Shown here one piece after another: positions 26,750 through 36,660 of a DNA stretch of 47,021 nt (positions are counted from its first letter, which is position 1; each line of letters begins with the position of its first letter). Made by a program: the position numbers and the translations under genes. Source of the stretch: Bdellovibrionota bacterium (GTDB taxonomy: Bacteria; Bdellovibrionota_C; UBA2361; OMII01); the NCBI GenBank assembly GCA_044356215.1, contig JBIKWQ010000019.1, positions 1-47,021 on the forward strand, written 5' to 3'. The notes under the pieces are model-generated. The model had not been told where the DNA came from and ran no database searches. It saw only the letters and a list, made by a program, of their open reading frames with translations.

Positions 26750-26927
26750 TTAACAAGCATTTTGGACTGATGTTCAATCCAAAATGCCTGTCCGCTAAGC
26801 GAGTTTGGTCATAGACCTAACGGTAGTGAGGCGCGATCGCGATAATTTGAAATAGACGCGCCAATAGCTTAAGCTCGACTCGTTAAACTTATTGTAAAAA
26901 TAGAAACGTTTAGGAGACGTGTTTTTC

Positions 26928-27173
26928 ATGGCAACACCTGAGGAGAATCAAGAGCGCATTAAGTCTATTATCGTAGAGCAGCTAGGCGTTAGCTTGGAGG
27001 AGGTTACTCCTCAGGCATCGTTTATCGAGGACCTCGGTGCTGATTCGCTTGATATCGTTGAGCTAATCATGGCTCTCGAGGAGGAGTTCGATATGGAGAT
27101 TCCAGACGAGGACGCTGAGAAGATCCAGACAGTTGATGATGTTATCAAGTACATCGTCACGAAGCAGGCGTAA
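26928..27173 (+). CDS. acpP: Acyl carrier protein
   Basis: [20 protein letters not shown] and [14 protein letters not shown] upstream. Confidence 0.98.
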   Translation: MATPEENQERIKSIIVEQLGVSLEEVTPQASFIEDLGADSLDIVELIMALEEEFDMEIPDEDAEKIQTVDDVIKYIVTKQA

Positions 27174-27215
27174 AGTAATCGTGGCGAGGAGGCCTCGCTG
27201 ATTACTTGTAACGCT

Positions 27216-27241
27216 AAGGGGCCCCTCGAGGGCCCTTTTTT
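27216..27241 (+). terminator. Intrinsic terminator after acpP
   Basis: AAGGGGCCC-CTCGA-GGGCCC-TTTTTT. Confidence 0.75.
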
Positions 27242-27263
27242 ATCATAAAATTCTGGAGTTAAA

Positions 27264-28547
27264 ATGAGCAATTCAAATGGCACTTACGAAGCTAGAAAGA
27301 TGAATTTAAAGGCGGTAGACGCTGAGATCCACAACCTCATTCAGCGCGAGACCGAGCGCCAGGAATACGGGCTCGAGATGATCCCAAGTGAGAACTTCGT
27401 TAGTGAAGCTGTGCTTGAGGCGATGGGGTCAGTTCTTACCAACAAGTATGCTGAGGGACAGCCAGGAAAGCGCTACTATGGTGGATGCCACGTAGTCGAC
27501 GAGGTGGAGAACATCGCTAGCGCGAGAGCCTGTGAGCTCTTCGGAACGGATTTCGCGAACGTTCAGCCGCACTCCGGAGTACAAGCGAATCAGGCGGTGT
27601 TTGAGGCGTTTTTAAAGCCAGGTGATACATTCATGGGGCTACGCCTTGATCACGGTGGTCATCTGTCTCATGGAAGTCCAGTCAATTTCTCTGGCAAGCA
27701 TTACAAAGTTGTTGGCTACGGAGTTAGGCAATCTGATTGTTTCATCGATCCAGATGAGGTTAAGGACTTAGCTCGCCAGCACAGGCCAAAATTAATTATC
27801 GCTGGAGCGACAGCCTATTCAAGAAAGATAGACTGGAAGCTTTTCCGCGATGTTGCGGATGAGGTAGGCGCGGTTCTGATGGCTGATATAGCGCACTATT
27901 CAGGGTTGGTAGCTGGAGGATCTTATCCATCGCCTGTGCCTTACGCTGATATCGTCACCACTACAACGCACAAGACCCTTCGTGGTCCACGTTCAGGAAT
28001 GGTGATGGGTAGGGAGATCCACAGAAAGGCGATTAACAAGGCTGTTTTCCCAGGGCTTCAGGGAGGTCCACACATGCACACGATAGCTGCTAAGGCTGTG
28101 ATGCTGCGTGAGGCTCTATCGCCATCTTTCAAGGAGTATGCGGCTCAGGTTGTTAAGAACGCTCAGGCTCTCTCGGCAGCGCTAATTAAGCGCGGTCTTC
28201 AGGTCGTCTCTGGAGGCACAGATAGCCATCTTTTGGTGGTCGATCTTAGACCGATGAACGTAACTGGCAAGGTAGCTGAGGAAACCTGTGACAAGGTAGG
28301 GATCACTGGAAACAAGAATACAGTTCCGTTTGATCCGCAGCCACCATCTGTATGCAGCGGTATTAGACTTGGAACTCCAGCTCTGACTACCCGTGGTATG
28401 AAGGAGCGGGAGATGGAGCAGGTCGCTCAATTTATCGTTGAGGCCTTGGCTAACGCGGAGAATGAATCGAAGCTGGCGGCGATCCGAGAGGGTGTTGTTG
28501 AGCTAAGTCGCGGATTTCCACTTTATAAACACAGATTAGTCGCTTAA
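27264..28547 (+). CDS. glyA: Serine hydroxymethyltransferase
   Basis: [28 protein letters not shown] and [12 protein letters not shown]. Alternative start at 27300. Confidence 0.98.
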   Translation: MSNSNGTYEARKMNLKAVDAEIHNLIQRETERQEYGLEMIPSENFVSEAVLEAMGSVLTNKYAEGQPGKRYYGGCHVVDEVENIASARACELFGTDFANVQPHSGVQANQAVFEAFLKPGDTFMGLRLDHGGHLSHGSPVNFSGKHYKVVGYGVRQSDCFIDPDEVKDLARQHRPKLIIAGATAYSRKIDWKLFRDVADEVGAVLMADIAHYSGLVAGGSYPSPVPYADIVTTTTHKTLRGPRSGMVMGREIHRKAINKAVFPGLQGGPHMHTIAAKAVMLREALSPSFKEYAAQVVKNAQALSAALIKRGLQVVSGGTDSHLLVVDLRPMNVTGKVAEETCDKVGITGNKNTVPFDPQPPSVCSGIRLGTPALTTRGMKEREMEQVAQFIVEALANAENESKLAAIREGVVELSRGFPLYKHRLVA

Positions 28548-28558
28548 AAGGCGAATAT

Positions 28559-29017
28559 ATGTTCTGTCCTAAGTGTAGCTCGGATAAGACATCAGTTACC
28601 GACTCTCGCGGTGATGGTGGAGCTATACGTAGGCGCCGCGAGTGTGGAGATTGTGGGTACCGCTTTACAACATTTGAGCGTATTGAGATCGCTTTGCCGG
28701 TAGTCATTAAGAAAGATGGCAGCCGAGAGAATTACGACCGTGAGAAGATTCGTGGTGGTCTCCGCAGGGCGTGTGAGAAACGTCCGGTCAGCATGGAGAC
28801 GATCGACGCGGCGTTAGAGGCGATTGAAAAGAGGATCCAAGAGCTTTGCCAGAAGGAGGTTGAGAGCCGACTTTTGGGAGAGCTGGTAATGGATGAGCTC
28901 CGTAAGATGGACAAGATAGCCTATGTTCGCTTCGCGTCGGTGTATCGCGAGTTCTCAGATGTAAGTCAGTTTGTGGATACGTTAGAGAGCCTAGATAACG
29001 GCTCATCCACCAGATGA
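28559..29017 (+). CDS. nrdR: Transcriptional repressor NrdR
   Basis: CPKC...DSR...IRRRREC..C..RFTTFE, ATP-cone, [12 protein letters not shown]. Confidence 0.98.
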   Translation: MFCPKCSSDKTSVTDSRGDGGAIRRRRECGDCGYRFTTFERIEIALPVVIKKDGSRENYDREKIRGGLRRACEKRPVSMETIDAALEAIEKRIQELCQKEVESRLLGELVMDELRKMDKIAYVRFASVYREFSDVSQFVDTLESLDNGSSTR

Positions 29018-30231
29018 AGCTAAATCCCAAAGATGAGAGTTCATTTGAGTCGGCTCTGAGCCGCTTTAAGAGCGGTGAGCCGATCTTGGTTCTTGATGAT
29101 GAAGATCGCGAGAACGAGGGAGATGTGGTTCTCGCGGCGGAGGTTGTAACTCCTGAGATGATATCCTTCTTATCTAGGGAGGCGAGGGGACTAATCTGCG
29201 TTAGCATTTCGCGTGAGCTCGCTCGTCGGATTGATCTCCCGTTTCAGGTTGATACAAACAACTCGCCGTTTCAGACCCCCTTTGCTATCAGTATTGACGC
29301 TAAAGAGTGTGTGTCCTCTGGTGTAACCGCGCGAGGGAGAGCTCAAACTATTCGCGCTCTCCTTAATCCCGAAATTAAACCGGCGGACTTCGTATCCCCG
29401 GGGCATGTATTTCCACTAATAGCCGACGATGCTGGGGTTCTGGGGCGTGATGGCCATACAGAAGGTGTTTTAGATCTAACTCGACTCGCGGGTATGGCTC
29501 CGGCTGGAATCCTTTGTGAGGTCTTAAATGTTGATGGCACGATGGCTAGAGGAGCCGAGCTTCAAGCTTTCGCAGAGAAACACAATATGGCGGTGACCAG
29601 TATCGCTGAGATTAAAGAGTACCGCATAAGGCACGAACTAGCTGTTAGGCAGGTTTCCAAGCGGATTGTAGGTACTGATTTTGGTGAGTTTACGGCTCTT
29701 CTATTCGCGGATGACGCAGGCCACAAAGAGCACTTGGTAATGGCCAAGGGAGATCTATCCACTGTGCCGGCTTCTTACGCGCCGTTGATACGGATCCACT
29801 CTGAGTGTCTGACAGGAGATGTCTTCGGGAGTCGCCGCTGCGATTGCGGGCCGCAGTTAGATGGAGCCATGCGGCTTATAGCCTCTGAGGGAAGCGGCGC
29901 TGTGCTGTATTTGCGTCAAGAGGGACGAGGGATAGGTCTTGGTAATAAACTCAGAGCTTATGCGTTGCAGGACCAAGGTCGAGATACTGTTGAGGCTAAT
30001 ATTGAGCTCGGATTCATGGCTGACCAGCGCGATTTTTTTGTTGGGGCGCACATACTAAAAGCCTTAGGATTAAATCGAATCCGTTTGATTACTAACAACC
30101 CGAGAAAGGTCGCGGCTATGGAGAGGTTTGGAATATCGGTTGTTGAGAGAGTTCCGATGATAGCTCCGCACGACGAATGTAGTGTAGCGTATCTAAAAAC
30201 TAAGAGAGAGAAGTTGGGGCATTTGTTGTAG
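29014..30231 (+). CDS. ribBA: Bifunctional DHBP synthase / GTP cyclohydrolase II
   Basis: [49 protein letters not shown] and ITNNPRK. Confidence 0.97.
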   Translation: MKLNPKDESSFESALSRFKSGEPILVLDDEDRENEGDVVLAAEVVTPEMISFLSREARGLICVSISRELARRIDLPFQVDTNNSPFQTPFAISIDAKECVSSGVTARGRAQTIRALLNPEIKPADFVSPGHVFPLIADDAGVLGRDGHTEGVLDLTRLAGMAPAGILCEVLNVDGTMARGAELQAFAEKHNMAVTSIAEIKEYRIRHELAVRQVSKRIVGTDFGEFTALLFADDAGHKEHLVMAKGDLSTVPASYAPLIRIHSECLTGDVFGSRRCDCGPQLDGAMRLIASEGSGAVLYLRQEGRGIGLGNKLRAYALQDQGRDTVEANIELGFMADQRDFFVGAHILKALGLNRIRLITNNPRKVAAMERFGISVVERVPMIAPHDECSVAYLKTKREKLGHLL

Positions 30232-31971
30232 CTACATCACCCTCACACGCGATATCGACCAATCAAACGGCGCTTTTCCGGTCTGTCTAACAAAGATACA
30301 TTGAACGGTCCGTGGTGAGCTAAATATCACCTTAACCTGATTTCTTGGGGTGTAATAAGGTAGACCGCGATAAGTAACTCGAAGGGAACCTTGCCAGATA
30401 GGATAATCGACGATCTCTTCAGCGGTATTTTGATCGCACGAGCCACCAGTTATCCGTAGCCCCCGCGGATAATCAGTAAAGTACTGGCCTGGATCAAGCT
30501 CTACACCATTTACAACAGTTGCGGCTTCGAAGCGTATCGTTAGAAGCTCATCTCCACGCTGCATCCCGGTTCTGGTTGACCAACGCCAATTAGTCTCAGA
30601 TTTCTTAGCGGCCTCAATTACCTCAGTGCTAGGGGCAGGCGAGATCTCTATGGATGCGCCGAGTTCGGCGCTATCTCTGGCTTTTAGCTTTGAGGCGGTC
30701 TTCACTCCCTCTATCCAGCTAGGGATGTTTTCTCCAGATTCAATAAGATTCCTAAAGATATTGGCCGAGGGGGACAGAACTAGTTCTCTATAGATTGGGT
30801 CGGAGATCAATCCGCTCTTGCGAATGCTAGGATGAATGATGTTTGGAGAACAGAAAGCCAACATGATCGCTGGCCCTATAGCGAGTGGAATAAAGCTGAT
30901 CAATCGATTGTTTAAGATTAAGGTAACTCCGGTCATCCAGGCCGATAATCCCAGAGCGACGGAGGTAATTGAATAGGTCGTTCCCCACGGGATCAACCTA
31001 GATAAACTGGGCAACGGTGATATCAAAGCCACGGATTCGGGCAGTGCGGAGTTGAGTGTAGCCAGAAGAGCCATAACCATGGCGACCTTGGCTGTGTAAC
31101 GTGCCACAGGTGTTTGATGTCTGCGTCTAGTCCACCATGAGAAGATCGATATCGACAGGAGTGTAAGGGCGCGCCCACCATATTCATCGCGCATAGCCGT
31201 TCGATCGATCGCTTCAAACTGATAGGCTTGCCCGATCAGTGGACGGATATTTCCCTGAGAACCATCGTACTGAATAACGTGAGCGGAGGCGGGATATTTT
31301 GGAGCCTCGGCAATAGGAGCGGTGATTGTGACAAAGATAGCTGGTGTCAGAATCACGATAGACGTGAGGCTTAAATTTATAGCCGCCCTAGCTCGTGATT
31401 TAGTAAGAAGATAGGCTATCCATAGGGCGCTTGCTGCGCTTACTAAGGCGGCCTGATTAGCGCTTAGAGCGTTTTCTACGCTTGCCGCTAATAATATAGC
31501 CAGAAGAATCAAGCGAGGCTTCGGCGCGGCTATTACTTTGCTGGCGATGACTGTCAGAAGAGGTAACCATGCTATCGCCCCAATTACCACGGGGTCTAAG
31601 CCAGTGGTGATTAGAAGAAATAAGATAGTAATCGGCGCTCCTAGTGAGAAGATTACAGACCAGGTAAAGCGCTGTCCGTCACTTGCCCTGAAAAACAAGA
31701 GGGTGCCAACTAGCAGCGTTAGTATCCCAGGTATCGGGCGTTCAGCGAAATTAAAACTAGGCCAAATTAGGGTACAGATTTTTGATATCGGCTCAAGTCT
31801 CCACGAATGAAAAGCATTGTGGTTAAGATTTACCAAAGAGAACCAGGTCGAGGCCTGGGTATCCCCAGATAGAGCGACGGAGTCCATTCCCGCGATGATA
31901 ACTCCGAGCATCGCGATTGATATCACTAGGGTTACCAAGAAGATCAGAAATTTATTTTGCTCCTGATTCAC
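30232..31971 (-). CDS. Polytopic membrane protein with a C-terminal discoidin/F5-8-like domain
   Basis: Many TM helices; C-terminal RWSTRTGMQRGDE.L.I.F...V.GVEL...DYPRGL...WSISRV pattern. GTG start overlaps the upstream TAG. Confidence 0.65.
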   Translation of the reverse strand: MNQEQNKFLIFLVTLVISIAMLGVIIAGMDSVALSGDTQASTWFSLVNLNHNAFHSWRLEPISKICTLIWPSFNFAERPIPGILTLLVGTLLFFRASDGQRFTWSVIFSLGAPITILFLLITTGLDPVVIGAIAWLPLLTVIASKVIAAPKPRLILLAILLAASVENALSANQAALVSAASALWIAYLLTKSRARAAINLSLTSIVILTPAIFVTITAPIAEAPKYPASAHVIQYDGSQGNIRPLIGQAYQFEAIDRTAMRDEYGGRALTLLSISIFSWWTRRRHQTPVARYTAKVAMVMALLATLNSALPESVALISPLPSLSRLIPWGTTYSITSVALGLSAWMTGVTLILNNRLISFIPLAIGPAIMLAFCSPNIIHPSIRKSGLISDPIYRELVLSPSANIFRNLIESGENIPSWIEGVKTASKLKARDSAELGASIEISPAPSTEVIEAAKKSETNWRWSTRTGMQRGDELLTIRFEAATVVNGVELDPGQYFTDYPRGLRITGGSCDQNTAEEIVDYPIWQGSLRVTYRGLPYYTPRNQVKVIFSSPRTVQCIFVRQTGKAPFDWSISRVRVM

Positions 31972-34154
31972 TAAGCGCCTCCTAAGATTCGACGGAGCGG
32001 GGAGACGCTCTTAATAGTCACACGGGTTCCTGGAACGCATTCAGATAATGAGACCAAATTAAAGCCAGTCGCGGATGGTTCAGGCTTAATTGCACAACTG
32101 GAGGAGGTTACAAAAGGAAAGTGCTTAAACTTCAGGGTTAACGAGTCTGTTAACGGCGTGAAGCTGATTGAATTGGTGGTGAATTCAAGATCCTTAAGCT
32201 CTCCCCGCGTTGTGAATGACGAAGAGTAATTAAGTCGTTTAAAGATAAAGAAGCTCTCTCCACGCCATATCTGTTGATATTCCTCTGGATGGCTCTTAAA
32301 CCTTTCAATCCATGTAGGCTCGTGAGCAGCGACGAGGGTGGCGTTCACTAAATCTAGATATTCCCTAATCCCTAAGTCTCCGCGGGCCAGTAGTTCAGGT
32401 GGTATCGGCTGCTCGTAGCGCCAGATGTTGTGCGCGTAGCTCGAGGCCACCATCTGGGTATCAGTCCAAAACGGAAGAGGCGCGAGGTGACCACCACTTA
32501 GTTCATGTAGCACGCATCCACTGAAGAAGACTCTTCCGCCAGCGGAGTTGTTTGATATGGCGCGGGCCATTGAGCGCACTTCACGATCTAATATGGCATA
32601 GGTATCATCAGAGCGATTTAAAACAGCGGAGGTGGCCGCGAAAGGTCCGATTAGGATAAACGCCCCAGCGAAGCACGCCGCCAAGCGCCAGGACAGTCCG
32701 AGCCGCGCATAGGAGAACATCCGCCACATGTATTGGCCGATAGGTATAGACGCTAAGATAGAAAAGATAACTATCATTCGGTCGAGCTCTAGTTGTGGTT
32801 TGAGCGAAACGCCAACGGTCCCGAGAAGGAGAAGCCAAATACAGGTCGCTATGATGTAGAGTTTCCCAAATCCTGAGAAAGCGATTAGGGCAGGGGCAGC
32901 GAGCAGCACTATAAGAGGATTTAAAGCCGCGGCGTTGTTGTGCCACTGGCTGAGAGACTTTTTAAAGTTTAGTCCCTCGCTCTTGTGGCGGTATGTCGTT
33001 GGGCTTGCAGGCATGGCAGATGCTTTGTTCTGATCAGTTGTAACCTGGTGCGTGCTAGACATCGTATTTGAATTTAGGAACTTTCCAACCCCAGATACCT
33101 TCCACATCATCGCCATCCACGGCAGGTTAAGGGCTAGGATTAAGCATGCAGCTATTATGTGTCGCTTAGACTTAATGAGCCTCGGCGAGTGTTTTAGAGC
33201 AACTAGAAAGATCGGAACTATCGCTAACCCTGATGGAGACCATAGAAGCACGAGTGTTAGTAATAGCGCCATGAAGATTATCTCGCGCCACGATGGTTTG
33301 TGAGCCTCGAAAAATCTTATCAATACCACGCTGACGAGGGGTAATAGGGCAGTGCTGGTGATAAAGCCAACTGTCCCGTATTTGAGCCCCCAACGGAACC
33401 AAAACAATCCGGTACAGAGAGATAAAGTAGCCGAGATAGCTGCCGCCAAAGGAGCTACTCCAAACAAGCGAGCAGCAGAGTAAATAGAGAGCGGTGTAAT
33501 TACCCAAAGCACACCTGCAATTAACCACGGATAGATAGTCTCAACGTGAAAGCTATAGATCAGAGGTGAAGCTAAAAGAAATATGTTTAGAGCCCCGGTC
33601 GCGAAAAAATCCCTGGCGTCTATCCCCGCGTTCCACAGTGGCGACCAGAAAGGAATGGACGGGAAATTCTCACGCAGTAGCTTTAGCCTAAATAAAAATA
33701 CCGCGTGGTCGTCAGAGAAGATTAGCGACCCATCCAAAGCGACAAAAAACGACCAGATTAATAGGCATGAGACTACTAGAGGCCAAGCGGCAAAGAACCG
33801 TTTCCAGAGTTGGCGGCCAACAAGTAGGTAGCACGCAATAGCTCCAACGATTAACTCGCCGCGAATAGTAGGCCCCTTAAACAATCCCCACGGTCGGGTG
33901 AGCCAGTCAGAGATAAAGATAAAAAGTAGGCCGTAGCCCCAAACTCGTGGTTCTAGAAAACTCTCTTTAGTGAACTCTTTGCGTCCCTTGAGGTAACTCC
34001 ATGCCCAAGTGAGTATTATAAGGAGGGCTCCTAGAATTAATAGGTAGCGCCCCGCAGGTATCAGCGCTTGCTCGCTCTTCTCCCACAGGTGCCAGGCTCC
34101 GCCTGAGAGTCCCAAGATGATGAGCAGTAGCCCTGATGAGGCGAGGAGGTGCAT
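31971..34154 (-). CDS. GT-C fold (YfhO/PMT-like) membrane glycosyltransferase candidate
   Basis: More than 12 TM helices; acidic SDDH loop motif followed by PFWSPLWNAG; soluble C-terminal domain. Confidence 0.6.
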   Translation of the reverse strand: MHLLASSGLLLIILGLSGGAWHLWEKSEQALIPAGRYLLILGALLIILTWAWSYLKGRKEFTKESFLEPRVWGYGLLFIFISDWLTRPWGLFKGPTIRGELIVGAIACYLLVGRQLWKRFFAAWPLVVSCLLIWSFFVALDGSLIFSDDHAVFLFRLKLLRENFPSIPFWSPLWNAGIDARDFFATGALNIFLLASPLIYSFHVETIYPWLIAGVLWVITPLSIYSAARLFGVAPLAAAISATLSLCTGLFWFRWGLKYGTVGFITSTALLPLVSVVLIRFFEAHKPSWREIIFMALLLTLVLLWSPSGLAIVPIFLVALKHSPRLIKSKRHIIAACLILALNLPWMAMMWKVSGVGKFLNSNTMSSTHQVTTDQNKASAMPASPTTYRHKSEGLNFKKSLSQWHNNAAALNPLIVLLAAPALIAFSGFGKLYIIATCIWLLLLGTVGVSLKPQLELDRMIVIFSILASIPIGQYMWRMFSYARLGLSWRLAACFAGAFILIGPFAATSAVLNRSDDTYAILDREVRSMARAISNNSAGGRVFFSGCVLHELSGGHLAPLPFWTDTQMVASSYAHNIWRYEQPIPPELLARGDLGIREYLDLVNATLVAAHEPTWIERFKSHPEEYQQIWRGESFFIFKRLNYSSSFTTRGELKDLEFTTNSISFTPLTDSLTLKFKHFPFVTSSSCAIKPEPSATGFNLVSLSECVPGTRVTIKSVSPLRRILGGA

Positions 34155-34275
34155 CGAGTTTGACTAAACGGGGTAAATACACGTTAGCCCGGCTTGGCCG
34201 TAAGGCTTGATGAGCTAACCCCGAGAGTCTAATACGGACCCACTTTTGCGTCAAAAGAAACGGGATTTCAGGTGG

Positions 34276-35355
34276 TTAGCGCGGGCTTTTAACTCCGTGC
34301 TCGGTATAGAAGCTATCAAACTCAAAGACTGCGTCAGAGAACGATTCAAAGGCTTTGACGTTATCCCTACGGGTCAGTGCCTCTAATCCTTGAGCCATGC
34401 GAGTTTTTATAATCTCTAAGTTTGAAGGTTTAAAGGTCAGATAATGTTGCCCTTGCTGATTATCCTTTCTGGCCTCGTAGCACTGCAGACTTGATACTAG
34501 GTTTGCCACAGCTCCCAGAGTCTCTCCTTGGGCCTTATGAATCAACCCCTGAAGAGCGAAGTATCGTGGGCTCTCCTCGAGATTCTCGCTGCAATTTAGG
34601 CATTGAGCTGCGCTATCTGGATCGTCAAAACGCAGAAAGAGTGCGGCTAGTGAGTGATATGAAGCAGCGGCACTTTCTTTACTAAAGAGTCCCCAGTTGT
34701 GGCTTGGAAAGAGCTCCTCAATGTTGAGACCATCAACAGCGGCTCTTAGGCACCTTGATTTAGCTTTATTTGAGAGAGACGTGAGGTTGTTCCACATCTC
34801 GCTTTCAACCACAGGCGATATAGTTGATGAAACTCGAACCGTATCGCCATCGGAGACCGACGTAATAAGCGCATGAGTAAGAAACTCTGTGACTGACTCT
34901 AGCTGGTGATGCCGCACTGAGCTTAAAGCGTACCGAGAAGTAGCTACGCACAGCAGCGGAAAAATCTCGCTGTTTGATAGCGATGTCACGATAGACTCAG
35001 GAGAGATAGCGGGAACCGGGAGGCTTCTTCCATCCTTTATGGTCGTGAAGATGATGTGCTCTAGCACGCTCCGATTCTCGATCTCCGGAGCTATTTTTGA
35101 TAGGTCTATAGAATCGGTAGACATTGACGCGCTTATTACCAGAGCTCTTTTACTCGCGGCAGAAGATGCGGCTTGAGCCAGTGCCGTTACGAGAGAGTCG
35201 GATGTAATCCAGAGGCACGCTGTGCATCCTGTCGGTGCCTCTCGTGTGCTAGCGACGATTATATCAGCGAATGTCTTCACATCTTTAAGGTGTTGTACCT
35301 TATCGATCGCCGCTGTTTGAGATCTTCCGTCATCGATCACGATAGCGCTGTGCAT
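34276..35355 (-). CDS. Hypothetical protein with C-terminal TPR-like repeats (possible degenerate GT2 N-terminus)
   Basis: AIVIDDG N-terminus; helical TPR-like segment (YFALQGLIHKAQGETLGAV); GAGG RBS. Confidence 0.6.
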   Translation of the reverse strand: MHSAIVIDDGRSQTAAIDKVQHLKDVKTFADIIVASTREAPTGCTACLWITSDSLVTALAQAASSAASKRALVISASMSTDSIDLSKIAPEIENRSVLEHIIFTTIKDGRSLPVPAISPESIVTSLSNSEIFPLLCVATSRYALSSVRHHQLESVTEFLTHALITSVSDGDTVRVSSTISPVVESEMWNNLTSLSNKAKSRCLRAAVDGLNIEELFPSHNWGLFSKESAAASYHSLAALFLRFDDPDSAAQCLNCSENLEESPRYFALQGLIHKAQGETLGAVANLVSSLQCYEARKDNQQGQHYLTFKPSNLEIIKTRMAQGLEALTRRDNVKAFESFSDAVFEFDSFYTEHGVKSPR

Positions 35356-35525
35356 AAATTCCTCATTTGGATAAAACCGCGGTGGTTACACCAACTTCAG
35401 CTAGACTAAGGCTAAGATGAGGAGTGCTTGGAAATGGTCTCAAAAAAAATAGAGTGAAGCAGAAGATTTTTCTGGAGTGAAGTTGGACGGGTTAAATGGT
35501 TGTTATTCCCTGGGATTTTGGGGTG

Positions 35526-36551
35526 TTACGCCGGCTGCTCACTCTCGCTAGTCGCTATCGTGCTTGCCTCTGTTTTGCAGTAGTGCAGCACAACTGGAGC
35601 TAGAATCATTCCAGGAACTCCGCCTAGCCTCTCTCCAATAAGTAGAGCTACGAGTGTTAACCACATCGGATTCTTAATTTTACCACCGATGATTTTGCTG
35701 TTTAAGAAGTACTCAAATTTATGAAGGATTATCAGATAGGCTAGGGCGATAAAGCCGAGGTTTACTGACTGAGATACCCCGATGAAGAAGATTATAGTGT
35801 TGCTAATAATGTTTCCAATAATCGGAAGTAGCCCACATAAAAAGGTAACCACAACTATCACAAACGAATAGGGCAGTGGTGAGCCAAAGGCATAGAGAAT
35901 AGCTAGGAATAGGCCGGTAAAGAAAGTATTTACAGCCGATATGATTACCTGAGCACCCATTACTGTGTGGAAGCTGCCAAAGAACCGAGAAAACCTGGTT
36001 GCCAGGGCGCCTGTAAAAGTTGAGTAGACGTTGTTTCGAAGAGCGTAAGTTCCACGGCCAAGGTCAACCTCCCCTTGATAGAATAGCGTGCACGTCGCTA
36101 CTAAACCGATAATTACATACACAAACTCCTTGGTGAACACCTGCGCGAATTTGGCTATATGTAAGAGCTGTGATTTAACCTCGTCAACGATGAATGACTT
36201 AAGGCTCCCTGGATCGCTAAAAGGAATCTCCACTCCGTAGTAATGCGCCTGATCGACGATCACAGGAATCGCTTTCTCGGCAGTTTGAGGAATAGCTTGG
36301 ACCGCTTCGCCCAGGAAGTGGATGAAAAGATAGAAAAGAAGAGCCGCTAGGATAGAGAATAAGATAATAGCCCAGCCCTTAGACGTAAACCTTCCTAGTT
36401 GAGATATGATCAAATATCCAAAGAGAACGGTGATCAACGCTGTGCTTAATCCAAAGAAGAATACCCCAAATATGAAGACACCGATCGCCCAAAATGTGAA
36501 GCGTTCAACTTTTCTTCTGTCTACCGGATCAAAAATAGCAAGGTCTGACAT
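35526..36551 (-). CDS. AI-2E family transporter
   Basis: AQVIISAVNT..T, LLPIIGN.ISN, HKFEYFLNSKIIG..I and GVPGMILAP. Confidence 0.9.
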   Translation of the reverse strand: MSDLAIFDPVDRRKVERFTFWAIGVFIFGVFFFGLSTALITVLFGYLIISQLGRFTSKGWAIILFSILAALLFYLFIHFLGEAVQAIPQTAEKAIPVIVDQAHYYGVEIPFSDPGSLKSFIVDEVKSQLLHIAKFAQVFTKEFVYVIIGLVATCTLFYQGEVDLGRGTYALRNNVYSTFTGALATRFSRFFGSFHTVMGAQVIISAVNTFFTGLFLAILYAFGSPLPYSFVIVVVTFLCGLLPIIGNIISNTIIFFIGVSQSVNLGFIALAYLIILHKFEYFLNSKIIGGKIKNPMWLTLVALLIGERLGGVPGMILAPVVLHYCKTEASTIATSESEQPA

Positions 36552-36613
36552 GATTTATCCTTTCTAAGAATCGGCTCGAATTCTAGGCTATAAGCTCCAG
36601 CAGCGCAAACTAA

Positions 36614-36660
36614 TGAAACGAGGTAAAACCTGGCTTACGGGAGTTTTTGCCTCGGTTGCC
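36614..36660. repeat. Partial copy of repeat family 2 (hairpin right after the tamB-fusion stop)
   Basis: 36619-36655 matches the reverse complement of 5214-5249 at 32/37 positions; preceded by CTAA; stem CGAGGTAAAA/TTTTGCCTCG. Confidence 0.6.
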
